Source: Octopus vulgaris (taxonomy: Eukaryota). Taken from it: 64,000 nucleotides of DNA. Shown one piece after another: positions 1-11,349 of this stretch. Below the pieces are notes generated by a model. It saw only the letters and a list, made by a program, of their open reading frames with translations. It did no database searches and was not told the origin of the DNA. Numbering within the stretch: the stretch's first letter is position 1; each line of letters begins with the position of its first letter. Location of the stretch: assembly GCA_951406725.2 (NCBI GenBank), contig OX597836.1, positions 28,396,001 to 28,460,000 of the forward strand, given 5' to 3'. Both the position numbers and the translations under genes were made by a program.

Positions 1-3000
1 GCTTCTGGAAATGATCCCGGTACTCTTTAGCATCGGTGAATTTAGCTTCACACTGGCCACATGCAACAAAGCCTTCACGTTTGATGATCGCTTGGCTCAT
101 ACACAGCCTCTTGTGCCAGTTTAATTCTTCGTTCCTGTTGAATCCTTTCAGACAGATGTCACATTCATAGGTTGTCGTGTGTGTGGCCTCATGATTGTTC
201 AGATGTTGCAAGTTGGAAAATGTCTTCTTGCACACTCGACACGTAAGCTTGTTGTCGTTCTCTTTGGAGGATTCCTCGGCCAAAGGTGTGCATTCGTGTT
301 CTTTCAAAGCCTCCTCAACAGCAAATGACCGTCGGCATTTGAAGCAGTGCAACGAGAAACAGCGAAGCAGGTGGTTTTCAAGGCCAAGCTTTGTTGAGAA
401 AGTGCGACCACAGTTGTGGCAGGAATGAATGTTTTCTGCAGCAGCCCTTGCTGGGTCACAACGCAGGATGTGTTTCTGCATAGAATCCTTGCGTGAGAAG
501 CAGCGGCCACATTGCTCACACTTAAAAATATCTGTATGCATCGCTAAATGACGGAAAAGATATTTCACAGTGCGGAAACTTTGTTCACAGATATCACACT
601 GGTGTAGAGCATTCTCATTTTCCTCCCCTTTGTTGCTACTACACGCATGGCTAACCAGTAGGTGGCGTTGTGAAAACTTCCTTTTGCATCGGTCACATTT
701 CCAGTGATCAGCTGGTGCAGTGGCAGGCTTTTCTCCAGGTTCCAGCTGTGAAGTGGAGAGCTCAGAATCGTCTTGTGTAAAACTTAGTCTGTCATCAGCG
801 TTGTCACCAGTCTGGAGCACAGTTGAGTTGGCATTGCTGTCACACCGATGTTTCATTAGAGATTCCTTTCGTGTAAATCTCTTGCAACAGAGATCACAAC
901 GAAAGCGGTCAGTGTGCGCTGGTGCATGTAGTTTCAGATACTTTATGTTGGTGAATCTTTTGCCACAGACGCAGCAGGCATAGAGAATGACATCGTCCGT
1001 CTTATCAATCAAAATATCTATGCCATTGTCTTTGGCAAGAATTTTACATTTCCTTCTGGATTCCGGTGAATCACTGGAATCATCTTGGTTATCCTCATTA
1101 GCTGTATCAGAGTCCTTGAAATCAGACTCTAGTACTTCTCCTTCTTCACATTCATCTTCACCTAAAATGTCATCAGTGTCGTCATCGGCCAAATTCTTGC
1201 TGCTTTCATCATCAGTGACAGGTGTTTTCTCACTGTCACTGTTCACCAAGTCAGCTTTCTGTGAAGTTTTGCTCTTTGATGGAGACTGCTCTTGAGAAGT
1301 TTTGGCTTTGATGGCTACTGATGTGGTGTTGCTTGTGTTCTTGCTGCTGACCAACGACACGGCTGTGTTGCTGTTGGCCGGTGTAGTTGCCTGCGTTTGC
1401 AATGCTTTCGGTGGTCGCCCACGACGACGAGTTGCACCAGGCACTTTCACAGTTTCTTGCAAAACCTTTTTCTCCAATGGCTTTTCAGGTTTTGCTACTT
1501 TACTCGGCTCTTCTTCATCAATTGCTTTGTTACCAGTTGTTCTAATACCCTTCAACCGTCGTGTGGGTAACACCCGTGCCAGGCTTTGCGAAGGCGAGGC
1601 AGCCTGGACAGGTGACTGACTAGTACTGGTTTTTACTTTCTTAGGTGTTGACAATTCTGATTGTGATTTGTCACTGTCAGAACTGGATTTTGGTTTTCTC
1701 CCCAAATGAAGTGCCTGGCGTGTGCGCTTCCTAGGCCGACCTGGGCCACGTGTCTTTTTCAGGGGCTCTTCTTTTGTGGTGCTAGCTTCAGCGGCACCAT
1801 TACTTTTATCTGTAACATCACTGGCAACTGTTGGCTGGCAACTCTCAGAACTCTTTGCAGTGACCTGTTCCGGTGTGGCTTTATTCTCTTCACTCTCACC
1901 TTCACCTTCATCTTTATTCAGCCAAGCAACGTCAGCAACAACATAGTCAACAAACTCTACCAATTTGTTAACTTTGTTCTCAGTTGTCTCACTTGACCCA
2001 TCAAGTTTTCCCAACTTCCCATCATCTCCATCTTCAATGGCACTGGTGCTCTTAGTCTCAGAATCATGACTGACATCTTCTTCAACCAGTTTTATTGTAA
2101 CAGGTTCCTCTGACGTGCTTTCTTTGCAGTGAGTATCCATCTCCTCAGCTGCTGTTACACAACTTGTGTCATCGTCATTTCTCTCTTCTTTGGCCAGCAC
2201 GCTGACAACATTAGCATCCAACTGAACAATCTCGAACGACTGACTTTCCATAACTAAGCTGTTCTCATTTGCTTTGGTGTCCACCTCATCTGTAACTACA
2301 GTGGTAGTATCATCAAGCATTGATTCATCAACAGGTGAATGCTGCACAGCTTTGTCAACCAGCAGACGTTCTTCAACCTCTTCACCGGTACTTTCTGCTT
2401 CCTTTACCACAAACTCTTGATTTACTACAGACTCCTGCAGACACTTTTCTGCGGAATTCTCTTCTACTACAGACACAGCTACTTCAAATTTCTCACCATC
2501 ATTCGATTCCTCTACAACAGAGTTTTTGCTAACAACCGACTCTGTATTTACATCAATGACAGATTTATCACAAACCACGGTCTCTTCTATAATGGTCGGT
2601 ATAATAATGCTCTTATCGTCTTCAGTATGTGCAGACATGTCTATCTCTTTCACAGTCTCTACAAGGTAGTTCTCACACTTAATAGTATCAGCTATTTTCT
2701 CCTCCTGCGACTGAGACATTCCTATCATATTCTTATACATTTCAGATATGCTCTCATGAGTGTTTTCAACATGCACCACTTGAACTGTAGATGAACCGGC
2801 TGCTATATTCTGTTCATCGCTGTTGTTGTTACTGTTATTGTCACCACTGCCTTCAGGGATATAGTCAGTGTTGGAGACAGTTTTAACATACATACTGTCA
2901 AGACGTTCGAAAGCTTCTGATACAGTCACTTCACTAACATGTTGATAACTTTCCTTATCTTTGTAGTCAAGGTCACTGTCTTCAAGCGATATCTTGGCTT

Positions 3001-4029
3001 CTAGAAGAGCAATTTTGGTGATATCTGGTTTCTTACACTGAGTTCCGATATCCTCGTTTTTACCGACATCCAAACTTTTCTCGACAAGTTCAGCAAGGTT
3101 CTTATCTAAAATTAAGTTAGTAGACTCTGTAGAATTTCCAAAATTACAGAAATTTGCCTGACAGATGGCAACCTTATTCGAAGAATCAGCAACCTCGTTT
3201 ACCTTGCTTTCTTCAACAGATTCAGATGAAATAACAATGGTTTCTTTGGCATCTTCAGTATTATTAATTTCATGAATGTTACTGTCATTATTATTATTAT
3301 TATTATTATCATCGTCATCATCATTATTATTATTATTACCGCTGCTATTACTGTTGTAGCTCTGAGTTTTCACTTCTGTCAATTCACTATACGACTCACC
3401 GCCATCATTAGATCCAACGGCAGCAGCAACTTCTTCTTCTTCATCATTTTCGTGGTCATCACTGCTGCCTTTATCCAAAGAATTAGCTAAATCTTCACTA
3501 GTCTGGTCCTCATACTCAAACAGATTACCCTTTGAGCCTTGCAATTTCACCTTGCTGTGTTTTGAGAAGAGATGGTTCCACATGACATCCAATCGGTAAC
3601 TACGGTAACCGCACTCCACGCATCGCAGGATCTGGCCTTTGTGCTTCTTCATGTGTCGTTGGTAGTTGCTCCTGTTCACAAAACCAATGTTACAAACCGA
3701 ACAGTGAAACTTAGATTTCCGACTCCGAGTTTTGCCTCCACGAGGGTTGCTGTTGGGGACAAGGTGGGCCCTCAAGTGCTTAGCAAGGTCCACCTGGCTG
3801 TTGAAAACATTTTCACATTTGCTGCACTTGTACTCTTTAATCTCCTCACTTTGGATTAATGACAAGATGTGGTTCCTGTAGAGTTTATCGCAGTCTGTTT
3901 GCATCCTCTCCAGGGATTCCTCAGACACTGACACCACTTCCGTAGCCTGGTGCTGCAAAATTGCAACAGTTGCTTCCGAGGTAATTTCATCAGTGTTGCT
4001 ATCTTTCTCAGTTAGCAACGACACCATCA
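1..4029 (-). CDS. PRDM10/15-like PR-domain zinc finger protein, large coding exon (3 N-terminal C2H2 fingers, long acidic/Asn-rich linker, 2 AT-hooks, 10 further C2H2/C2HC fingers); continues beyond window start
   Basis: Polypyrimidine-CAG acceptor at 4030-4032; phase 1 matches the upstream donor. Manual translation gives YKCSKCENVFNSQVDLAKHLRAH, FHCSVCNIGF..HMKKH, GPGRPRK, RRRGRPPK, YACCVCGKRF..HAPAH, LTCRVCKKTF..HEATH, all in one frame. Probably absent from the ORF track because it runs off the window without a stop. Confidence 0.93.
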
Positions 4030-4137
4030 CTGAAAAAAAAAAAAAAAAGATTTTATATGGTGGGAAAACATCGGAAATTAAAGGAGATTATTCACTTAGT
4101 AATAGATGCTTGTGTATATGTGTGCATAACAAGTTAA

Positions 4138-4228
4138 CCCTTTTGTTATCATATATCTACTGAAAACATTCGAAATAATTTGAATATATAAACATTACAT
4201 TTGGCAGAATAATCTGAAAGCTAAAGGG
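4138..4228. mobile_element. Short piggyBac-type MITE remnant
   Basis: TTAA|CCCTTT...AAAGGG|TTAA termini; same left end as the element at 19937. Confidence 0.5.
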
Positions 4229-4324
4229 TTAAAATAGGAAGACTGTAACATAGGACCAGGGGATGTCCCAGGTGCGTTCATATGAAAAGGGTTAAACATG
4301 GACTGATATGTCTCACACACACAC

Positions 4325-4543
4325 ACACATGCCAGCGAAAGGTACCCATGCAGGTGACACATGAATGGCATCCATGCTGGTGACATGTAAAAGGACCCAC
4401 CGCTTTCTTGGAGTGGTTGGTGTTAGGAAGGGCATTCAGCTGTAGAAACCGAGCCAATAAGAGCTTGATGCCGCTCTCCAGCTTACCATCTCCAGTCAAA
4501 CTGTCCAACCCATGCCGGCACGGAAAACAGACATTAAATGATG

Positions 4544-4574
<31 letters not shown>

Positions 4575-4575
4575 C
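4325..4575 (+). mobile_element. RTE LINE 3'-end fragment with (GAT)n tail
   Basis: GGTTGGTGTTAGGAAGGGCATTCAGCTGTAGAAAC...ACATTAAATGATGA; same sequence terminates the RT remnant at 28500-28927. Confidence 0.75.
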
Positions 4576-4755
4576 CATCACCCTCATAATTACTATAATT
4601 CTTGCCACCTCCAACTCAAATTCCTACAGTTACTACCACAACTACTACAACTTGAAAGATTACCACCACTACCCCCACCCCACCACCTTAACCATCAAAT
4701 GCTACCACCATGGTGTGAACAGTGTAAGGAAAATTTTGAACCTAAAACTTTACTC

Positions 4756-5175
4756 GGATCTTTTTGGTTTGAACAGCAGTTTTTAACATAATTTCCACAT
4801 AACTAAACACTTTTAAACTTCGTATACTGGTAGAATGTGTTTATAAAACATCTTTTTCTCTTGGTTTTATTGAGAAAATTCCATAGTTTGTAAGATATTT
4901 GTTGTTTTATTTTCTCCAATTTCTGCAATTTCAACCAATCACTGACGTCCATTGAGGTAAAAAAAAACATTCTGTGCCGTATGAATATGTCCCTCGTTTA
5001 AGAAACAGATTGGGTTTATTTACATTTGTGAAGAAAAAAAGATACCCTTCCCTCACCCCTAACCGTAGCCCTAAAACAGATAGAAATGCAATAGATCGAT
5101 ACTAGGGTCATAATTATGGGTGACAATTTCATATGACACCACTAGTAAAAACTGCCGTTCAAACCGAAAAGATCC
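4756..5175. mobile_element. ~420 bp MITE, Merlin-type (GG-terminal TIRs, 8 bp TSD)
   Basis: TIRs GGATCTTTTTGGTTTGAAC / GTTCAAACCGAAAAGATCC; TSD CTTTACTC/CTTTACAC; near-identical copy at 33240-33661. Confidence 0.85.
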
Positions 5176-5187
5176 CTTTACACTTAC

Positions 5188-5434
5188 CCCTATAATCTTT
5201 GCATGGCTTCACTGGTTTGCCCAACTTTTTAGCATAATGTAAGGCATACCAGACCTTCAGTTGCTCCCCTTCTTGGATGGTTCGGATGCTGTTGTAGAAG
5301 ATGTTTGTTCCTAACTGGTAGGCAATGCAGTTCTGTTCCTCCTCGTTCTGTGCACATTGCACCAAACACATCCAGTTGCAATCGTTTTCGTTAGAAGTGT
5401 CGAGAGAGACAACAGCACCGTCTTTAGATAAGAT
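5188..5434 (-). CDS. PRDM10/15-like gene, exon encoding C-terminal half of the PR/SET domain
   Basis: ILSKDGAVVSLDTSNENDCNWMCLVQCAQNEEEQNCIAYQLGTNIFYNSIRTIQEGEQLKVWYA carries the PR-domain NWM...EQN...(E)L.VWY motifs; CAG acceptor 5435-5437, GTAAGT donor 5187-5182; phases 0/1 consistent. Confidence 0.93.
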
Positions 5435-5529
5435 CTGTTACGGGAAGATTACAAGAGTTAGAAAAAAAAAGACAAGCTTCATCTAATTATAACGAAAAAT
5501 AAAGGAAAAGAATTAAATGATGTAATACC

Positions 5530-5755
5530 TATTTCTTTATTACCCACAAGGGGCTAAACACAGAGGGGACAAACAAGGACAGACATAGGTATTAAGTCGA
5601 TTACATCGACCCCAGTGCGTAACTGGTACTTAATTAATCGACTCCGAAAGGATGAAAGGAAAAGTCGACCTTGGCGGAATTTGAACTCAGAACGTAACGG
5701 CAGAGGAAATACGGCTACGCATTTCGCCCGGCGTGCTAACGTTTCTGCCAGCTCT
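5530..5755 (-). mobile_element. tRNA-derived SINE (family B)
   Basis: B-box-like GAGTTCAAATTCC, conserved TTTCATCCTTTCGG core; 16 bp TSD TAAATGATGTAATACC on both sides. Confidence 0.85.
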
Positions 5756-6095
5756 GTAAATGATGTAATACCGCAAGAGTTACCTCCCTTCAATTAGTCA
5801 ACAAAACTATAAACAATAAAATATAAACCTATTCTGATAATTACTAAACAGCATGAGAAGACACCCCCCCCCCTGTGTACAGACATGATTTACAGCATGG
5901 TTAGAATTTCATTGACACACACGTGTCAATTAAACACGTGTGTGTGTGTGTGTATAATAGCACTAAGCATTGAGGGTGATAGCAGATAAGTGAGGTCTTA
6001 ATGACGGGGAATAACAGAGTCGAGATGGCACCGAAAGGTGGTGATTGGTGGAAACAGTAGGGGGTGGGGGTCATGGGAATTGGAAGTGGATTAAG

Positions 6096-6131
<36 letters not shown>

Positions 6132-6134
<3 letters not shown>

Positions 6135-6297
6135 GGCAGGCTTCTTTCAGTTTCCATCTACCAAAATCCACTCACAAAGCTTTGGTCAGCCTGAGGCTAT
6201 AGTAGAAGATACTTGCCCCATGTCTTCTACTATAACCTCGGGCTGACCAAAGCCTTGTGAGTGGATTTGGTAGACAGAAACCGAAAGAAGCCTGTCA

Positions 6298-6298
<1 letters not shown>
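6132..6298. repeat. Fold-back of two SINE-A fragments, flanked by (TA)n
   Basis: ~77 bp arms GCAGGCTTCTTTCAGTTTCC...GTAGAAGA / TCTTCTAC...GAAAGAAGCCTGTC with a short loop. Confidence 0.85.
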
Positions 6299-6339
<41 letters not shown>

Positions 6340-6445
6340 TATACATTCATACATACATATAATATAGGGTAAGATTATTAATAATAATAATAATTTTACC
6401 AAGTAGTCAGCATGTTAAAAAACCTTTTAGGTAAATTATACAAAA

Positions 6446-6691
6446 TATTCTATAGTTATATACATAATTATAATGAGGGTCAGCTAATTGTCTCGCCACG
6501 TACTGAATTAGAAATAGATGCTAATGTCTTTTCAACTACCATAAAAACTCTGAGAAAAATAACACACAGTGTGTTACTTTTCTCAGAGTTTTTATGGTAG
6601 TTGAAAAGATACTAGCATCTATTTCTAATTCAGTTCATGGCGAGGCAATTAGCTGACCCCTCGTTATAATTGTGTATATAATTATAGAATA
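6446..6691. repeat. ~245 bp imperfect palindrome
   Basis: ~120 bp arms centred on TAACACACAGTGTGTTA. Confidence 0.9.
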
Positions 6692-6745
6692 ATTTATATA
6701 TATATATATATACACACATATATAAATACATATAAGCTGACACTT

Positions 6746-6978
6746 AGGGTGACGAGCTGGCAGAATCGTTAGCACAATGGGGTGAAATGCTTAGCGGTAT
6801 TTCGTCTACCATTATGTTGAGTTCAAATTCTGCTGAGATTGACTTTGCCTTTCATCTTTTTGGGGTCGATTAAATAAGTACCAGTTATACACTGAGGTTG
6901 ATGTAATTGCCTTAATCCCTTTGTCTGACCTTGTTTGTCCCCGCTGTGTTTAGCCCCCTGTGGGCAATAAAGAAATAA
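6746..6978 (+). mobile_element. tRNA-derived SINE (family B)
   Basis: GAGCTGGCAGAATCGTTAGC...GAGTTCAAATTC...AATAAAGAAATA; flanking direct repeat CTGACACTT. Confidence 0.8.
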
Positions 6979-7154
6979 GTAACTGACACTTGTCTAACCT
7001 GTTTGTGTATGGAATGAAAGACGATGTAAAGTGATAAGAATGAAACACATTTATACACAGATGCAAGTCTCCTCATTAAAAAAAAGTTTTAAAAAAGCAT
7101 GAAAGGAATCTTTTGATTATTTCTGAAGGTAAAATTATCAATAATTGGAATTAC

Positions 7155-7317
7155 CTTTAGAATGAAGATATTGTCAGTATCAAGGTCCTGAGTTGTTCTT
7201 CTGGCCTCAAATGGTCCAAACTGTGTCTTGGCTGGTATCACGTGTTGAGCCACCACAGTTAGAGAGGAATCTATGTGTTCTAACAACATCAAGTTGGACG
7301 GTAGTGTAAGGCGTGCC
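7155..7317 (-). CDS. PRDM10/15-like gene, exon encoding N-terminal half of the PR/SET domain
   Basis: ARLTLPSNL...IPAKTQFGPFEA...FILK (PR-domain A..LP and FGP motifs); CAG acceptor 7318-7320, AAG|GTAATT donor; phases 2/0 consistent with neighbours. Confidence 0.9.
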
Positions 7318-8069
7318 CTGACAGGTGACAACACAGGAACAGATTGACAAAGTTTAGAAGAAAGATTAAAAAAAGAAAACAACATTTAAAAGGTTGTTGG
7401 AGTAGCAAAAATGATACAACATCGTGTGTGTTCATGTGCGCTTATCACCATTGAGATAAAGCACCTTACTTGAAGTGTGTATGTGTGTATGCATGTGTGT
7501 GTGTGTGGAGAAGGTAACTCAGGTAACTGGGATAACTCTGACATAAAACCTGTGGCTCAGTGGTTACCGATGATGTTGACTTGTTCTTCTTTTCGGATTA
7601 TGGCTGCTGTTGCTTAGTGAGTGGGATTGACTCAGTGCACAGCCTTTCCTCACTTTAAAAAAAATCTTCCTGCACAGGCATTGCACGATAACAACATTGT
7701 TCATGATTGTTGATGGTGCTGTGAGTCTCAACGGAATGGCTGGCTGTAGCCTTAAAAAGCAAATAAAATTCACATTCGATCACAGCACCAATAACAGTTA
7801 AGCCTCGTGCAATGGCCATACTCGATAACGAGGGGGTAGCCATCATATTTATACAAATACACATAAAAAATTAAATGTTAATTAACCAATTAGATTCTAA
7901 TGTTAATATTCAAAGATATAACACATTATCAACCCTATTTATGTTTGAAAGAGACAGAGAGAGGGGAGACAAAGGAGAAAGCAATAAAGAGGGGTGAAGA
8001 AAGAGAAAGGAGAGAGAAAAAGGGAAGGAATGAAGGAGAGATAGACAGACAGCTAGAAATATTACTTAC

Positions 8070-8340
8070 TTTGACATTACTTTGAACTCTCCAACTGGTG
8101 TGTTGAGTCCAAGTTCTGGACATTCTTCAGTGAGGTGGTCACCGCCACATACATCACATCCAGCATAGAGGTCAAGGAAGAGTGTGGTTGCTGTTGCAGC
8201 ATCGGATACTGTTGCAACTGTAACTGCTTCGGCAGCTTCTGTGACGACAGCTGTTGCAGTCGTAGCTCCGCCGAGGGCTGACACTGCGGCTGTGACTTCA
8301 TCTTGGGACGCACAGATTATTGTAGGTTTCTCTTCTGGAG
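8070..8340 (-). CDS. PRDM10/15-like gene, exon with Ala/Thr-rich segment and PR zinc knuckle
   Basis: CDVCGGDHLTEECPELG resembles the PRDM10/15 knuckle (CxxC...CPxxG); CAG acceptor 8341-8343, GTAAGT donor 8069-8064; splicing gives VMSK|ARLTLP. Confidence 0.88.
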
Positions 8341-8449
8341 CTGTTGAGACAGAATACGATAAACAAAACACTTTTGAAATTAAGGCTTGTTGTAAAGGCA
8401 TTCAGACCACCACCACCACCACTATTGTTATTATCAATATTATTATTAT

Positions 8450-8815
8450 TATCATCATCATCATCGTTTAACGTCCATTTTCCATGCTAGCATGGGTTGG
8501 ACGGTTCAACTGGAGTCTGGGAAGCCAGAAGGATCCGCCAGGCCCAGTCTGATCTGGCAGTGTTTCTACAGCTGGATGCCCTTCCTAATGCCAACCACTC
8601 CGTGAGTGTAGTGGGTGCTTTTTACGTGCCACCTGCACAGGTGCCAGACGATGCTGGCAAACGGCCACGATCGGATGGTGCTTTTTACGTGCCACCGACA
8701 CGGGGGTCAGGCGAGGTTGGTAAATGGCCACGATCGGATGGTGCTTTTTATGTGCCACTAGCACGGGGGCCAGACGAGGCTGGCAAACGGCTACAATCGG
8801 ATGGTGCTTTTTACA
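8450..8815 (-). mobile_element. RTE LINE 3'-end fragment with internal ~60 bp tandem units
   Basis: (ATC)n tail, family core, and four GGTGCTTTTTACGTGCCAC-headed units. Confidence 0.8.
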
Positions 8816-8832
8816 CCCAACTGAAATATGAA

Positions 8833-9256
8833 TTCAGTTTAATGGTGATACTGGTCTCATCTAGATGATAACATCCATTTTAATGGTGATAGTGATGACA
8901 CAATTTAAGGGTGATAGTCATAATATTCAATTTAATGGTGAAAATCATGACATTCAATTTAATGGTGTGAGTGAGGGCATTAAATCAATTTAAGGGCGAT
9001 AGTCATGATATTCAATTTAATGGTGTGACAGATGACATTCTTTCAGTTTAATGGTGTGTGCGAGGGCATTAAATCAATTTAATGGTGAAAGTCATGACAT
9101 TCAATTTAATGGGGTAAGTGATGATATTCTTTCAATTTAATGGTGTGTGCGAAGGCATTAAATCAATTTAAGGGTGATAGTTATGATATTCAATTTAATG
9201 GTGTGACTGAAGACATTCTTTCAATTTAATGGTGTGTAAGGGCATTAAATCAATTA
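8833..9256. repeat. Minisatellite, 27-31 bp units with CAATTTAATGGTG core and ~89 bp higher-order period
   Basis: About 14 cores; the three unit types recur in the same order. Confidence 0.9.
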
Positions 9257-9394
9257 AAATAATATATATAATAACATTTGTCCACTATAGCTGTGGATGT
9301 ATGTGGTGATGTTTGTCCAACTTAATGAACTGAATATAATAGAATGCAAAAGGTTGTGAACTGAGTGAATGAAATAAAAATGGTTGCTACTTAC

Positions 9395-9410
9395 ATTCAT
9401 TTTCTTCCAT
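9395..9410 (-). CDS. PRDM10/15-like gene, probable start-codon segment (MEENE-S) of a 60 nt exon 9395-9454
   Basis: TTTTACAG acceptor 9455-9462 and GTAAGT donor 9394-9389. Only the frame with ATG at 9410 joins the next exon in phase (MEENESPEEKP); an in-frame TGA lies upstream. Confidence 0.7.
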
Positions 9411-10109
9411 CTCAATAGGATGGTGTGTGGCATGTGGTGCCCCACTTCAACCAGCTGTAAAATGAACAACAAAAGTCAAAGATAAAAATAGAAACAAATA
9501 TATAAAAACATTGTTTTACAACTGCAACAATCATATAAAGAAGATAAGGCACTTCATCTAAAATAAAAGACAACAGGAAATGTGCTACTCTAGCGTATTT
9601 TAAAAGTTGAAATCTTGATCTAAGGTGAATGAAGATTGATTAGGGACTAAACTGCCAAAACAATACAATTAAAGAGAACAGCATGATCATTGCCACCAAC
9701 AAAAATATGCTACACTATCACCAACAACATCATCTTCTAAATAACCAACTGGCAACAACAATGATAGTATCAACAGACTAGTAATGTCTGTAGCTACATA
9801 TGTTGTATGTCAGCACAATGATGTGTGTGAGTGCATGCACGAGAAGAATGCAGAGTTTTTATGGTTTGAGTCAGAGGTACAAGGAGCAAAGTGCCCATGA
9901 ATTTGGTAATCGTTCTATTAACTTTAATCATACAGCACTCCCACCCACTTCATTCCTTAATCCATTCATATTTTCATTTCCCTTTTTACAGCCATAGGGA
10001 TAAGACAACAATTTTTTGCTCTCACAAAACAACTCTTTCCTTATTCTATATTTTTTATTACATATTTGTCATAGATAACTATTGATTGCAATGCTGTAGG
10101 ATTTCCCTA

Positions 10110-11330
10110 CAAATCAAGATGTATGGAAAGAAGTCATCAACTGGAACTGGAGGCACGAATATGTATAGGAACCATAGAGATTACAATGGGTATCAAACTT
10201 AACGTTTTAAAACGTTTGATGTAGAAGATACAGAAATCAGCCACATCGACAAAACAAAGAATTGCAACATCTACAGTAGGAGCAATATAAGTGTTTAAGA
10301 AGCTATTCCATTAACTAGTCGGATCTTATTTTTTCATAGATATATATTTCTTTATTGCCCACAAGGGGCTAAACATAGAGAGGACAAACAAGGACAGACA
10401 AAGGGATTAAGTCGATTACATCGACCCCAGTGCGAAACTGGTACTTTTATTTATCGACCCCGAAAGGATGAAAGGCAAAGTCGACCTCGGCGGAATTTGA
10501 ACTCAGAACGTAATGACAGACGAAATACCGCTAAGCATTCCGCCTGGCGCGCTAATGTGTCTGCCAGCTCGCCAATTTTTTCATAGATATAACATGATGC
10601 TTATAATGGGACAGCTATAATGGGGCTGAGAATCAGGCTTGAGTAATCTGCAGTTAAGCACAATGGTAATTAAAAAAACACAAAGTTTGTATGATGATTT
10701 CCTGAAAAGAGAAAGTGAAACTTGCTAAGTAGCAAGTTAGAAAATCTCTATAAGAGATGAAGTAGGAACTAGACTGAGAAGTAATGATTATTGCCACTTC
10801 AACATGGCTGTTCCATTACTACTGTTTTTAACCCGAAGAGCATCTTCGTCCAGCTGATCATTGATGCAATCTGCATCAGGTGCAGATTGCATTGATAACC
10901 AGCTGGAGGAGGCAGCTCTTGGAGTTAGAAACAGTAGTAATGTCAGTTCCTATGGAAGTCATATTGAAGATGAAACTTCTAATGAAAAGCCTGTTCTGTC
11001 AAGTAAAGGCTGATTTGAAGCACAACATAAGAATGACTTGTAAAGCTGCTCGTGTTGATATAGAGGTTGCCACTAATCCTGAGCAGCTGAAGGAAATTAT
11101 AGCTGAATGGAGCCACACACCAGAACAAATAGATAATGTTGATGCAATTGAACTTTTCTGGAAGCACATGCCTGACAGAACTTTTAGTTCTCGAGAAGAA
11201 AAACAATCAATACCAAGATTTAGACCTTGAGTAAATTGTCTGATGTTTCTTTTAAGAGGAAATGCTTGTGTTTCATACAGAAAATCCATGCCTCTGACTT
11301 GGTGTTCAAATAAGGCCACGATTATGGTCT
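10110..11330 (+). mobile_element. Degenerate pogo/Tigger-type transposase remnant, interrupted by a SINE
   Basis: PEQLKEIIAEWSHTPEQIDNVDAIELFWKHMPDRTFSSREEK matches the Tigger QIFNxDETGLFWKxMPxRTF motif; ITMGIKLNVLKR near 10180 resembles the N-terminal HTH. Confidence 0.7.
10345..10573 (-). mobile_element. tRNA-derived SINE (family B)
   Basis: Full family sequence; ~17 bp TSD ATTTTTTCATAGATATA. Confidence 0.85.
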
Positions 11331-11349
11331 TACTTGGATTGCCAGGTCA

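Noticed and set aside
195-3859. Plus-strand ORFs in the ORF track
   Set aside because: Antisense shadows of the zinc-finger exon with no recognisable motifs.
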